From the NCBI RefSeq assembly GCF_009914755.1, contig NC_060935.1: 64,000 nucleotides of DNA. The stretch is one strand, 5' to 3'. The notes beneath the pieces were generated by a model, which made no database searches, was not told the origin of the DNA, and saw only the letters and a program-made list of their open reading frames with translations. Shown here one piece after another: positions 12,101-26,031 of the stretch (positions are counted from its first letter, which is position 1; every line of letters begins with the position of its first letter). Position numbers and translations under genes: made by a program. This DNA comes from the human T2T-CHM13v2.0 reference genome, Homo sapiens.

Positions 12101-15100
12101 TCTCAGAAACTACTTTGTGATGATTGCATTCGACTCACAGAGTTGAACATTCCTATAGATAGAGCAGGTTGTAAACAATCTTTTTGTAGAATCTGCGATT
12201 GGAGATTTGGACTGCTTTGAGGCCTACTGTAGTAAAGGAAATAACTTCATCTAAAAACCAAACGGAAGCATTCACAGACAATTCTTAGTGATCATTGCAT
12301 TGAACTAACAGAGCTGAACATTCCTTTAGATGGCGCAGTTTCCAAACACACTTTCTGTAGAATCTGCAAGTGGATATTTGGACCTCTCTGAGGATTTCGT
12401 TAGAAAAGGGATAAACTTCCCAGAACTACACGGAAGCATGCTGAGAAACTTCTTTGTGATGTTTGCATTCAACTCACAGAGTTGAACCTTGCTTTCATAG
12501 TTCAGCTTTCAAACACTCTTTTTGTAGAATCTGCAAGTGGATATTTGGACCACTTTGTGGCCTTCCTTGAAACGGGTATATCTTCACATCAAACCTAGAC
12601 AGAAGCATTCTCAGAATGTTTCCTGTGATGACTGCATTCAACTCACAGAGGTGAACAATCCTGCTGATGGAGCAGTTTTGAAACTCTCTTTCTTTGGATT
12701 CTGCAAGTGGATATGTGGACCTCTGTGAAGATTTCGTTGGAAACGGGTTCATCTTCACAGAAAAACTAAACAGAAGCATTCTCAGAAACTGCTTTGTGAT
12801 GTTTGTGTTCCACTTCAGGAATTGAACTTTCCTCTTGACAGAGCAGCTCTGAAACCCTCTTATTCTAGAATCTGCAAGTGGACATTTGGAGGGCTTTGAG
12901 GCCTGTGGTGGAAAAGGAAAATCTTCACATAAAAACTAGATGGAAGCATTCTCAGAAACTACTTTGTGATGATTGCATTCGACTCACAGAGTTGAACATT
13001 CCTATAGATAGAGCAGGTTGTAAACAATCTTTTTGTAGAAAATGCGATTGGAGATTTGGACTGCTTTGAGGCCTACTGTAGTAAAGGAAATAACTTCATC
13101 TAAAAACCAAACGGAAGCATTCACAGACAATTCTTAGTGATCATTGGATTGAACTAACAGAGCTGAACATTCCTTTAGATGGAGCAGTTTCCAAACCCAC
13201 TTTCTGTAGAATATGCAAGTGGATATTTGGACCTCTCTGAGGATTTCGTTGGAAACGGGATAAACTTCCCAGAACTACACGGAAGCATGCTGAGAAACTT
13301 CTTTGTGATGTTTGCATTCAACTCACAGAGTTGAACCTTGCTTTCATAGTTCAGCTTTCAAACACTCTTTTTGTAGAATCTGCAAGTGGATATTTGGACC
13401 ACTTTGTGGCCTTCCTTCGAAACGGGTATATCTTCACATCAAACCTAGACAGAAGCATTCTCAGAATGTTTCCTGTGATGACTGCATTCAACTCACAGAG
13501 GTGAACAATCCTGCTGATGGAGGAGTTTTGAAACTCTCTTTCTTTGGATTCTGCAAGTGGATATGTGGACCTCTGTGAAGATTTCGTTGGAAACGGGTTC
13601 ATCTTCACAGAAAAACTAAACAGAAGCATTCTCAGAAACTGCTTTGTGATGTTTGTGTTCCACTTCAGGAATTGAACTTTCCTCTTGACAGAGCAGCTCT
13701 GAAACCCTCTTATTCTAGAATCTGCAAGTGGACATTTGGAGGGCTTTGAGGCCTGTGGTGGAAAAGGAAAATCTTCACATAAAAACTAGATGGAAGCATT
13801 CTCAGAAACTACTTTGTGATGATTGCATTCGACTCACAGAGTTGAACATTCCTATAGATAGAGCAGGTTGTAAACAATCTTTTTCTAGAATCTGCTATTG
13901 GAGATTTGGACTCCTTTGAGGCCTACTGTAGTAAAGGAAATAACTTCATCTAAAAACCAAACGGAAGCATTCACAGACAATTCTCAGGATCATTGGATTG
14001 AACTAACAGAGCTGAACATTCCTTTAGATGGAGCAGTTTCCAAACACACTTTCTGTAGAATCTGCAAGTGGATATTTGGACTTCTCTGAGAATTTCGTTG
14101 GAAAAGGGATAAACTTCCCAGAACTACACGGAAGCATTGTGAGAAACTTCTTTGTGATGTTTGCATTCAACTCACAGAGTTGAACCTTGCTTTCATAGTT
14201 CAGCTTTCAAACACTCTTTTTGTAGAATCTGCAAGTGGATATTTGGACCACTTTGTGGCCTTCCTTCGAAACGGGTATATCTTCACATCAAACCTAGACA
14301 GAAGCATTCTCAGAATGTTTCCTGTGATGACTGCATTCAACTCACAGAGGTGAACAATCCTGCTGATGGAGCAGTTTTGAAACTCTCTTTCTTTGGATTC
14401 TGCAAGTGGATATGTTGACCTCTGTGAAGATTTCGTTGGAAACGGGATCATCTTCACAGAAAAACTAAACAGGAGCATTCTCAGAAACTGCTTTGTGATG
14501 TTTGTGTTCCACTTCAAGAATTGAACTTTCCTCTTGACAGAGCAGCTCTGAAACCCTCTTTTTCTAGAATCTGCAAGTGGACATTTGGAAGGATTTGAGG
14601 CCTGTGGTGGAAAAGGAAAATCTTCACATAAAAACTAGATGGAAGCATTCTCAGAAACTACTTTGTGATGATTGCATTCGACTCACAGAGTTGAACATTC
14701 CTATAGATAGAGCAGGTTGTAAACAATCTTTTTGTAGAATCTGCGATTGGAGATTTGGACTGCTTTGAGGCCTACTGTAGTAAAGGAAATAACTTCATCT
14801 AAAAACCAAACGGAAGCATTTACAGACAATTCTTAGTGATCATTGCATTGAACTAACAGAGCTGAACATTCCTTTAGATGGAGCAGTTTCCAAACCCACT
14901 TTCTGTAGAATCTGCAAGTGGATATTTGGACTTCTCTGAGGATTTCGTTGGAAACGGGATAAACTTCCCAGAACTACAGGGAAGCATTGTGAGAAACTTC
15001 TTTGTGATGTTTGCATTCAACTCACAGAGTTGAACCTTGCTTTCATAGTTCAGCTTTCAAACACTCTTTTTGTAGAATCTGCAAGTGGATATTTGGACCA

Positions 15101-17280
15101 CTTTGTGGCCTTCCTTCGAAACGGGTATATCTTCACATCAAACCTAGACAGAAGCATTCTCAGAATGTTTCCTGTGATGACTGCATTCAACTCACAGAGG
15201 TGAACAATCCTGTTGATGGAGCACTTTTGAAACTCTCTTTCTTTGGATTCTGCAAGTTGATATGTGGACCTCTGTGAAGATTTCGTTGGAAACGGGTTCA
15301 TCTTCACAGAAAAACTAAACAGAAGCATTCTCAGAAACTACTTTGTGATGTTTGTGTTCCACTTCAAGAATTGAACTTTCCTCTTGACAGAGCAGCTCTG
15401 AAACCCTCTTTTTCTAGAATCTGCAAGTGGACATTTGGAGGGCTTTGAGGCCTGTGGTGGAAAAGGAAAATCTTCACATAAAAACTAGATGGAAGCATTC
15501 TCAGAAACTACTTTGTGATGATTGCATTCGTCTCACAGAGTTGAACATTCCTATAGATAGAGCAGGTTGTAAACAATCTTTTTGTAGAATCTGCGATTGG
15601 AGATTTGGACTGCTTGGAGGCCTACTGTAGTAAAGTAAATAACTTCATCTAAAAACCAAACGGAAGCATTCACAGACAATTCTTAGTGATCATTGCATTG
15701 AACTAACAGAGCTGAACATTCCTTTAGATGGCGCAGTTTCCAAACACACTTTCTGTAGAATCTGCAAGTGGATATTTGGACCTCTCTGAGGATTTCGTTG
15801 GAAACCGGATAAACTTCCCAGAACTACACGGAAGCACTGTGAGAAAATTCTTTGTGATGTTTGCATTCAACTCACAGAGTTGAACCTTGCTTTCATAGTT
15901 CAGCTTTCAAACACTCTTTTTGTAGAATCTGCAAGTGGATATTTGGACCACTTTGTGGCCTTCCTTCGAAACGGGTATATCTTCCCATCAAACCTAGACA
16001 GAAGCATTCTCAGAATGTTTCCTGTGATGACTGCATTCAACTCACAGAGGTGAACAATCCTGTTGATGGAGCACTTTTGAAACTCTCTTTCTTTGGATTC
16101 TGCAAGTTGATATGTGGACCTCTGTGAAGATTTCGTTGGAAACGGGTTCATCTTCACAGAAAAACTAAACAGAAGCATTCTCAGAAACTACTATGTGATG
16201 TTTGTGTTCCACTTCAAGAATTGAACTTTCCTCTTGACAGAGCAGCTCTGAAACCCTCTTTTTCTAGAATCTGCAAGTGAACATTTGGAGGGCTTTGAGG
16301 CCTGTGGTGGAAAAGGAAAATCTTCACATAAAAACTAGATGGAAGCATTCTCAGAAACTACTTTGTGATGATTGCATTCGACTCACAGAGTTGAACATTC
16401 CTATAGATAGAGCAGGTTGTAAACAATCTTTTTGTAGAATCTGCGATTGGAGATTTGGACTGCTTTGAGGCCTACTGTAGTAAAGGAAATAACTTCATCT
16501 AAAAACCAAACGGAAGCATTCACAGACAATTCTTAGTGATCATTGCATTGAACTAACAGAGCTGAACATTCCTTTAGATGGCGCAGTTTCCAAACACACT
16601 TTCTGTAGAATCTGCAAGTGGATATTTGGACCTCTCTGAGGATTTCGTTAGAAAAGGGATAAACTTCCCAGAACTACACGGAAGCATGCTGAGAAACTTC
16701 TTTGTGATGTTTGCATTCAACTCACAGAGTTGAACCTTGCTTTCATAGTTCAGCTTTCAAACACTCTTTTTGTAGAATCTGCAAGTGGATATTTGGACCA
16801 CTTTGTGGCCTTCCTTGAAACGGGTATATCTTCACATCAAACCTAGACAGAAGCATTCTCAGAATGTTTCCTGTGATGACTGCATTCAACTCACAGAGGT
16901 GAACAATCCTGCTGATGGAGCAGTTTTGAAACTCTCTTTCTTTGGATTCTGCAAGTGGATATGTGGACCTCTGTGAAGATTTCGTTGGAAACGGGTTCAT
17001 CTTCACAGAAAAACTAAACAGAAGCATTCTCAGAAACTGCTTTGTGATGTTTGTGTTCCACTTCAGGAATTGAACTTTCCTCTTGACAGAGCAGCTCTGA
17101 AACCCTCTTATTCTAGAATCTGCAAGTGGACATTTGGAGGGCTTTGAGGCCTGTGGTGGAAAAGGAAAATCTTCACATAAAAACTAGATGGAAGCATTCT
17201 CAGAAACTACTTTGTGATGATTGCATTCGACTCACAGAGTTGAACATTCCTATAGATAGAGCAGGTTGTAAACAATCTTT
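9130..17280 (+). repeat. Tandem duplication of a 5-HOR block (period 4248 bp)
   Basis: Rare variant ORF types recur at a constant 4248 offset: 9480/13728, 9650/13898, 9913/14161, 10329/14577, 11179/15427, 12029/16277, 12537/16785. Boundaries are approximate. Confidence 0.9.
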
Positions 17281-20200
17281 TTCTAGAATCTGCTATTGGA
17301 GATTTGGACTCCTTTGAGGCCTACTGTAGTAAAGGAAATAACTTCATCTAAAAACCAAACGGAAGCATTCACAGACAATTCTCAGGATCATTGGATTGAA
17401 CTAACAGAGCTGAACATTCCTTTAGATGGAGCAGTTTCCAAACACACTTTCTGTAGAATCTGCAAGTGGATATTTGGACTTCTCTGAGAATTTCGTTGGA
17501 AAAGGGATAAACTTCCCAGAACTACACGGAAGCATTGTGAGAAACTTCTTTGTGATGTTTGCATTCAACTCACAGAGTTGAACCTTGCTTTCATAGTTCA
17601 GCTTTCAAACACTCTTTTTGTAGAATCTGCAAGTGGATATTTGGACCACTTTGTGGCCTTCCTTCGAAACGGGTATATCTTCACATCAAACCTAGACAGA
17701 AGCATTCTCAGAATGTTTCCTGTGATGACTGCATTCAACTCACAGAGGTGAACAATCCTGTTGATGGAGCACTTTTGAAACTCTCTTTCTTTGGATTCTG
17801 CAAGTTGATATGTGGACCTCTGTGAAGATTTCGTTGGAAACGGGTTCATCTTCACAGAAAAACTAAACAGAAGCATTCTCAGAAACTACTTTGTGATGTT
17901 TGTGTTCCACTTCAAGAATTGAACTTTCCTCTTGACAGAGCAGCTCTGAAACCCTCTTTTTCTAGAATCTGCAAGTGGACATTTGGAGGGCTTTGAGGCC
18001 TGTGGTGGAAAAGGAAAATCTTCACATAAAAACTAGATGGAAGCATTCTCAGAAACTACTTTGTGATGATTGCATTCGTCTCACAGAGTTGAACATTCCT
18101 ATAGTTAGAGCAGGTTGTAAACAATCTTTTTGTAGAATCTGCGATTGGAGATTTGGACTGCTTTGAGGCCTACTGTAGTAAAGGAAATAACTTCATCTAA
18201 AAACCAAACGGAAGCATTCACAGACAATTCTTAGTGATCATTGCATTGAACTAACAGAGCTGAACATTCCTTTAGATGGCGCAGTTTCCAAACACACTTT
18301 CTGTAGAATCTGCAAGTGGATATTTGGACTTCTCTGAGGATTTCGTTGGAAACGGGATAAACTTCCCAGAACTACACGGAAGCATTGTGAGAAACTTCTT
18401 TGTGATGTTTGCATTCAACTCACAGAGTTGAAACTTGCTTTCATAGTTCAGCTTTCAAACACTCTTTTTGTAGAATCTGCAAGTGGATATTTGGACCACT
18501 TTGTGGCCTTCCTTCGAAACGGGTATATCTTCACATCAAACCTAGACATAAGCATTCTCAGAATGTTTCCTGTGAAGACTGCATTCAACTCACAGAGATG
18601 AACAATCCTGTTGATGGAGCACTTTGGAAACTCTCTTTCTTTGGATTCTGCAAGTTGATATGTGGACCTCTGTGAAGATTTCGTTGGAAACGGGTTCATC
18701 TTCACAGAAAAACTAAACAGAAGCATTCTCAAAAACTACTTTGTGATGTTTGTGTTCCACTTCAAGAATTGAACTTTCCTCTTGACAGAGCAGTTCTGAA
18801 AACCTCTTTTTCTAGAATCTGCAAGTGGACATTTGGAGGGCTTTGAGGCCTGTGGTGGAAAAGGAAAATCTTCACATAAAAACTAGATGGAAGCATTCTC
18901 AGAAACTACTTTGTGATGATTGCATTCGACTCACAGAGTTGAACATTCCTATAGATAGAGCAGGTTGTAAACAATCTTTTTGTAGAATCTGCGATTGGAG
19001 ATTCGGACTGCTTTGAGGCCTACTGTAGTAAAGGAAATAACTTCATCTAAAAACCAAACGGAAGCATTCACAGACAATTCTTAGTGATCATTGCATTGAA
19101 CTAACAGAGCTGAACATTCCTTTACATGGCGCAGTTTCCAAACACACGTTCTGTAGAATCTGCAAGTGGATATTTGGACCTCTCTGAGGATTTCGTTGGA
19201 AACGGGATAAACTTCCCAGAACTACACGGAAGCATGCTGAGAAACTTCTTTGTGATGTTTGCATTCAACTCACAGAGTTGAACCTTGCTTTCATAGTTCA
19301 GCTTTCAAACACTTTTTTTGTAGAATCTGCAAGTGGATATTTGGACCACTTTGTGGCCTTCCTTCGAAACGGGTATATCTTCACATCAAACCTAGACAGA
19401 AGCATTCTCAGAATGTTTCCTGTGATGACTGCATTCAACTCACAGAGGTGAACAATCCTGCTGATGGAGGAGTTTTGAAACTCTCTTTCTTTGGATTCTG
19501 CAAGTGGATATGTGGACCTCTGTGAAGATTTCGTTGGAAACGGGTTCATCTTCACAGAAAAACTAAACAGAAGCATTCTCAGAAACTGCTTTGTGATGTT
19601 TGTGTTCCACTTCAGGAATTGAACTTTCCTCTTGACAGAGCAGCTCTGAAACCCTCTTATTCTAGAATCTGCAAGTGGACATTTGGAGGGCTTTGAGGCC
19701 TGTGGTGGAAAAGGAAAATCTTCACATAAAAACTAGATGGAAGCATTCTCAGAAACTACTTTGTGATGATTGCATTCGACTCACAGAGTTGAACATTCCT
19801 ATAGATAGAGCAGGTTGTAAACAATCTTTTTCTAGAATCTGCTATTGGAGATTTGGACTCCTTTGAGGCCTACTGTAGTAAAGGAAATAACTTCATCTAA
19901 AAACCAAACGGAAGCATTCACAGACAATTCTCAGGATCATTGGATTGAACTAACAGAGCTGAACATTCCTTTAGATGGAGCAGTTTCCAAACACACTTTC
20001 TGTAGAATCTGCAAGTGGATATTTGGACTTCTCTGAGAATTTCGTTGGAAAAGGGATAAACTTCCCAGAACTACACGGAAGCATTGTGAGAAACTTCTTT
20101 GTGATGTTTGCATTCAACTCACAGAGTTGAACCTTGCTTTCATAGTTCAGCTTTCAAACACTCTTTTTGTAGAATCTGCAAGTGGATATTTGGACCACTT

Positions 20201-22399
20201 TGTGGCCTTCCTTCGAAACGGGTATATCTTCACATCAAACCTAGACAGAAGCATTCTCAGAATGTTTCCTGTGATGACTGCATTCAACTCACAGAGGTGA
20301 ACAATCCTGTTGATGGAGCACTTTTGAAACTCTCTTTCTTTGGATTCTGCAAGTTGATATGTGGACCTCTGTGAAGATTTCGTTGGAAACGGGTTCATCT
20401 TCACAGAAAAACTAAACAGAAGCATTCTCAGAAACTACTTTGTGATGTTTGTGTTCCACTTCAAGAATTGAACTTTCCTCTTGACAGAGCAGCTCTGAAA
20501 CCCTCTTTTTCTAGAATCTGCAAGTGGACATTTGGAGGGCTTTGAGGCCTGTGGTGGAAAAGGAAAATCTTCACATAAAAACTAGATGGAAGCATTCTCA
20601 GAAACTACTTTGTGATGATTGCATTCGTCTCACAGAGTTGAACATTCCTATAGTTAGAGCAGGTTGTAAACAATCTTTTTGTAGAATCTGCGATTGGAGA
20701 TTTGGACTGCTTGGAGGCCTACTGTAGTAAAGGAAATTACTTCATCTAAAAACGAAACGGAAGCATTCACAGACAATTCTTAGTGATCATTGGATTGAAC
20801 TAACAGAGCTGAACATTCCTTTAGATGGAGCAGTTTCCAAACCCACTTTCTGTAGAATCTGCAAGTGGATATTTGGACTTCTCAGAGGATTTCGTTGGAA
20901 ACGGGATAAACTTCCCAGAACTACACGGAAGCATTGTGAGAAACTTCTTTGTGATGTTTGCATTCAACTCACAGAGTTGAACCTTGTTTTCATAGTTCAG
21001 CTTTCAAACACTCTTTTTGTAGAATCTGCAAGTGGATATTTGGACCACTTTGTGGCCTTCCTTCGAAACGGGTATACCTTCACATCAAACCTAGACAGAA
21101 ACATTCTCAGAATGTTTCCTGTGATGACTGCATTCAACTCACAGAGGTGAACAATCCTGTTGATGGAGCACTTTTGAAACTCTCTTTCTTTGGATTCTGC
21201 AAGTTGATATGTGGACCTCTGTGAAGATTTCGTTGGAAACGGGTTCATCTTCACAGAAAAATTAAACAGAAGCATTCTCAGAAACTACTTTGTGATGTTT
21301 GTGTTCCACTTCAAGAATTGAACTTTCCTCTTGACAGAGCAGCTCTGAAACCCTCTTTTTCTAGAATCTGCAAGTGGACATTTGGAGGGCTTTGAGGCCT
21401 GTGGTGGAAAAGGAAAATCTTCACATAAAAACTAGATGGAAGCATTCTCCGAAACTACTTTGTGATGATTGCATTCGACTCACAGAGTTGAACATTCCTA
21501 TAGATAGAGCAGGTTGTAAACAATCTTTTTGTAGAATCTGCGATTGGAGATTTGGATTGCTTTGAGGCCTACTGTAGTAAAGGAAATAACTTCATCTAAA
21601 AACCAAACGGAAGCATTCACAGAAAATTCTTCGTGATCATTGCATTGAACTAACAGAGGTGAACATTCCTTTAGATGGCGCAGTTTCCAAACACACTTTC
21701 TGTAGAATCTGCAAGTGGATATTTGGACCTCTCTGAGGATTTCGGTGGAAACGGGATAAAATTCCCAGAACTACACGGAAGCATTGTGAGAAACTTCTTT
21801 GTGATGTTTGCATTCAACTCACAGAGTTGAACCTTGCTTTCATAGTTCAGCTTTCAAACACTCTTTTTGTAGAATCTGCAAGTGGATATTTGGACCACTT
21901 TGTGACCTTCCTTCGAAACGGGTATATCTTCACATCAAACCTAGACAGAAGCATTCTCAGAATGTTTCCTGTGATGACTGCATTCAACTCACAGAGGTCA
22001 ACAATCCTGCTGATGGAGCAGTTTTGAAACTCTCTTTCTTTGGATTCTGCAAGTGGATATGTGGACCTCTGTGAAGATTTCGTTGGAAACGGGTTCATCT
22101 TCACAGAAAAACTAAACAGGAGCATTCTCAGAAACTGCTTTGTGATGTTTGTGTTCCACTTTAAGAATTGAACTTTCCTCTTGACAGAGCAGCTCTGAAA
22201 CCCTCTTTTTCTAGAATCTGCAAGTGGACATTTGGAGGGCTTTGAGGCCTGTGGTGGAAAAGGAAAATCTTCACATAAAAACTAGATGGAAGCATTCTCA
22301 GAAACTACTTTGTGATGATTGCATTCGACGCACAGAGTTGAACATTCCTATAGATAGAGCAGGTTGTAAACAATCTTTTTGTAGAATCTGCGATTGGAG

Positions 22400-25300
22400 A
22401 TTTGGACTGCTTTGAGGCCTACTGTAGTAAAGGAAATAACTTCATCTAAAAACCAAACGGAAGCATTCACAGACAATTCTTAGTGATCATTGCATTGAAC
22501 TAACAGAGCTGAACATTCCTTTAGATGGAGCAGTTTCCAAACCCACTTTCTGTAGAATCTTCAAGTGGATATTTGGACTTCTCTGAGGATTTCGTTGGAA
22601 ACGGGATAAACTTCCCAGAACTACACGGAAGCATTGTGAGAAACTTCTTTGTGATGTTTGCATTCAACTCACAGAGTTGAACCTTGCTTTCATAGTTCAG
22701 CTTTCAAACACTCTTTTTGTAGAATCTGCAAGTGGATATTTGGACCACTTTGTGGCCTTCCTTCGAAACGGGTATATCTTCCCATCAAACCTAGACAGAA
22801 GCATTCTCAGAATGTTTCCTGTGATGACTGCATTCAACTCACAGAGGTGAACAATCCTGTTGATGGAGCACTTTTGAAACTCTCTTTCTTTGGATTCTGC
22901 AAGTTGATATGTGGACCTCTGTGAAGATTTCGTTGGAAACGGGTTCATCTTCACAGAAAAACTAAACAGAAGCATTCTCAGAAACTACTTTGTGATGTTT
23001 GTGTTCCACTTCTAGAATTGAACTTTCCTCTTGACAGAGCAGCTCTGAAACCCTCTTTTTCTAGAATCTGCAAGTGGACATTTGGAGGGCTTTGAGGCCT
23101 GTGGTGGAAAAGGAAAATCTTCACATAAAAACTAGATGGAAGCATTCTCAGAAACTACTTTGTGATGATTGCATTCGACTCACAGAGTTGAACATTCCTA
23201 TAGATAGAGCAGGTTGTAAACAATCTTTTTGTAGAATCTGCGATTGGAGATTTGGACTGCTTTGAGGCCTACTGTAGTAAAGGAAATAACTTCATCTAAA
23301 AACCAAACGGAAGCATTCACAGACAATTCTTAGTGATCATTGCATTGAACTAACAGAGCTGAACATTCCTTTAGATGGCGCAGTTTCCAAACACACTTTC
23401 TGTAGAATGTGCAAGTGGATATTTGGAGCTCTCTGAGGATTTCGTTGGAAACGGGATAAACTTCCCAGAACTACACGGAAGCATGCTGAGAAACTTCTTT
23501 GTGATGTTTGCATTCAACTCACAGAGTTGAACCTTGCTTTCATAGTTCAGCTTTCAAACACTCTTTTTGTAGAATCTGCAAGTGGATATTTGGACCACTT
23601 TGTGGCCTTCCTTCGAAACGGGTATATCTTCACATAAAACCTAGACAGAAGCATTCTCAGAATGTTTCCTGTGATGACTGCATTCAACTCACAGAGGTGA
23701 ACAATCCTGCTGATGGAGCACTTTTGAAACTCTCTTTCTTTGGATTCTGCAAGTGGATATGTGGACCTCTGTGAAGATTTCGTTGGAAACGGGTTCATCT
23801 TCACAGAAAAACTAAACAGAAGCATTCTCAGAAACTGCTTTGTGATGTTTGTGTTCCACTTCAGGAATTGAACTTTCCTCTTGACAGAGCAGCTCTGAAA
23901 CCCTCTTATTCTAGAATCTGCAAGTGGACATTTGGAGGGCTTTGAGGCCTGTGGTGGAAAAGGAAAATCTTCACATAAAAACTAGATGGAAGCATTCTCA
24001 GAACCTACTTTGTGATGATTGCATTCGACTCACAGAGTTGAACATTCCTATAGATAGAGCAGGTTGTAAACAATCTTTTTGTAGAATCTGCGATTGGAGA
24101 TTTGGACTGCTTTGAGGCCTACTGTAGTAAAGGAAATAACTTCATCTAAAAACCAAACGGAAGCATTCACAGACAATTCTTAGTGATCATTGCATTGAAC
24201 TAACAGAGCTGAACATTCCTTTAGATGGCGCAGTTTCCAAACACACTTTCTGTAGAATCTGCAAGTGGATATTTGGACTTCTCTGAGGATTTCGTTGGAA
24301 ACGGGATAAACTTCCCAGAACTACACGGAAGCATTGTGAGAAACTTCTTTGTGATGTTTGCATTCAACTCACAGAGTTGAAACTTGCTTTCATAGTTCAG
24401 CTTTCAAACACTCTTTTTGTAGAATCTGCAAGTGGATATTTGGACCACTTTATGGCCTTCCTTCGAAACGGGTATATCTTCACATCAAACCTAGACATAA
24501 GCATTCTCAGAATGTTTCCTGTGAAGACTGCATTCAACTCACAGAGATGAACAATCCTGTTGATGGAGCACTTTGGAAACTCTCTTTCTTTGGATTCTGC
24601 AAGTTGATATGTGGACCTCTGTGAAGATTTCGTTGGAAACGGGTTCATCTTCACAGAAAAACTAAACAGAAGCATTCTCAAAAACTACTTTGTGATGTTT
24701 GTGTTCCACTTCAAGAATTGAACTTTCCTCTTGACAGAGCAGTTCTGAAAACCTCTTTTTCTAGAATCTGTAAGTGGACATTTGGAGGGCTTTGAGGCCT
24801 GTGGTGGAAAAGGAAAATCTTCACATAAAAACTAGATGGAAGCATTCTCAGAAACTACTTTGTGATGATTGCATTCGACTCACAGAGTTGAACATTCCTA
24901 TAGATAGAGCAGGTTGTAAACAATCTTTTTGTAGAATCTGCGATTGGAGATTCGGACTGCTTTGAGGCCTACTGTAGTAAAGGAAATAACTTCATCTAAA
25001 AACCAAACGGAAGCATTCACAGACAATTCTTAGTGATCATTGCATTGAACTAACAGAGCTGAACATTCCTTTACATGGCGCAGTTTCCAAACACACTTTC
25101 TGTAGAATCTGCAAGTGGATATTTGGACCTCTCTGAGGATTTCGTTGGAAACGGGATAAACTTCCCAGAACTACACGGAAGCATGCTGAGAAACTTCTTT
25201 GTGATGTTTGCATTCAACTCACAGAGTTGAACCTTGCTTTCATAGTTCAGCTTTCAAACACTCTTTTTGTAGAATCTGCAAGTGGATATTTGGACCACTT

Positions 25301-25930
25301 TGTGGCCTTCCTTCGAAACGGGTATATCTTCACATCAAACCTAGACAGAAGCATTCTCAGAATGTTTCCTGTGATGACTGCATTCAACTCACAGAGGTGA
25401 ACAATCCTGCTGATGGAGCAGTTTTGAAACTCTCTTTCTTTGGATTCTGCAAGTGGATATGTGGACCTCTGTGAAGATTTCGTTGGAAACGGGTTCATCT
25501 TCACAGAAAAACTAAACAGAAGCATTCTCAGAAACTACTTTGTGATGATTGCATTCGACTCACAGAGTTGAACATTCCTATAGATAGAGCAGGTTGTAAA
25601 CAATCTTTTTGTAGAATCTGCGATTGGAGATTTGGACTGCTTTGAGGCATACTGTAGTAAAGGAAATAACTTCATCTAAGAACCAAACGGAAGCATTCAC
25701 AGACAATTGTTAGTGATCATTGCATTGAACTAACAGAGCTGAACATTCCTTTAGATGGCGCAGTTTCCAAACACACTTTCTGTAGAAACTGCAAGTGGAT
25801 ATTTTGACCTCTCTGAGGATTTCGTTGGAAACGGGATAAACTTCCCAGAACTACACGGAAGCATTCTGAGAAACTTCTTTGTGATGTTTGCATTCAACTC
25901 ACAGAGTTGAACCTTGCTTTCATAGTTCAG
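22400..25930 (+). repeat. Dispersed copy of the ~480-4010 block (offset 21,923 bp)
   Basis: Variant ORFs match at 735/22658, 1585/23508, 2001/23924, 2435/24358 and 3285/25208, and the block includes the 4-mer. Boundaries are approximate. Confidence 0.9.
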
Positions 25931-26031
25931 CTTTCAAACACTCTTTTTGTAGAATCTGCAAGTGGATATTTGGACCACTTTGTGGCCTTCCTTCGAAACG
26001 GGTATATCTTCACATCAAACCTAGACAGAAG
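25352..26031 (+). repeat. Second 4-mer HOR structural variant (680 bp; m2 deleted)
   Basis: Same m1-to-m3 junction at 25523; ORF spacing 25208 to 25888 is 680. Confidence 0.95.
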
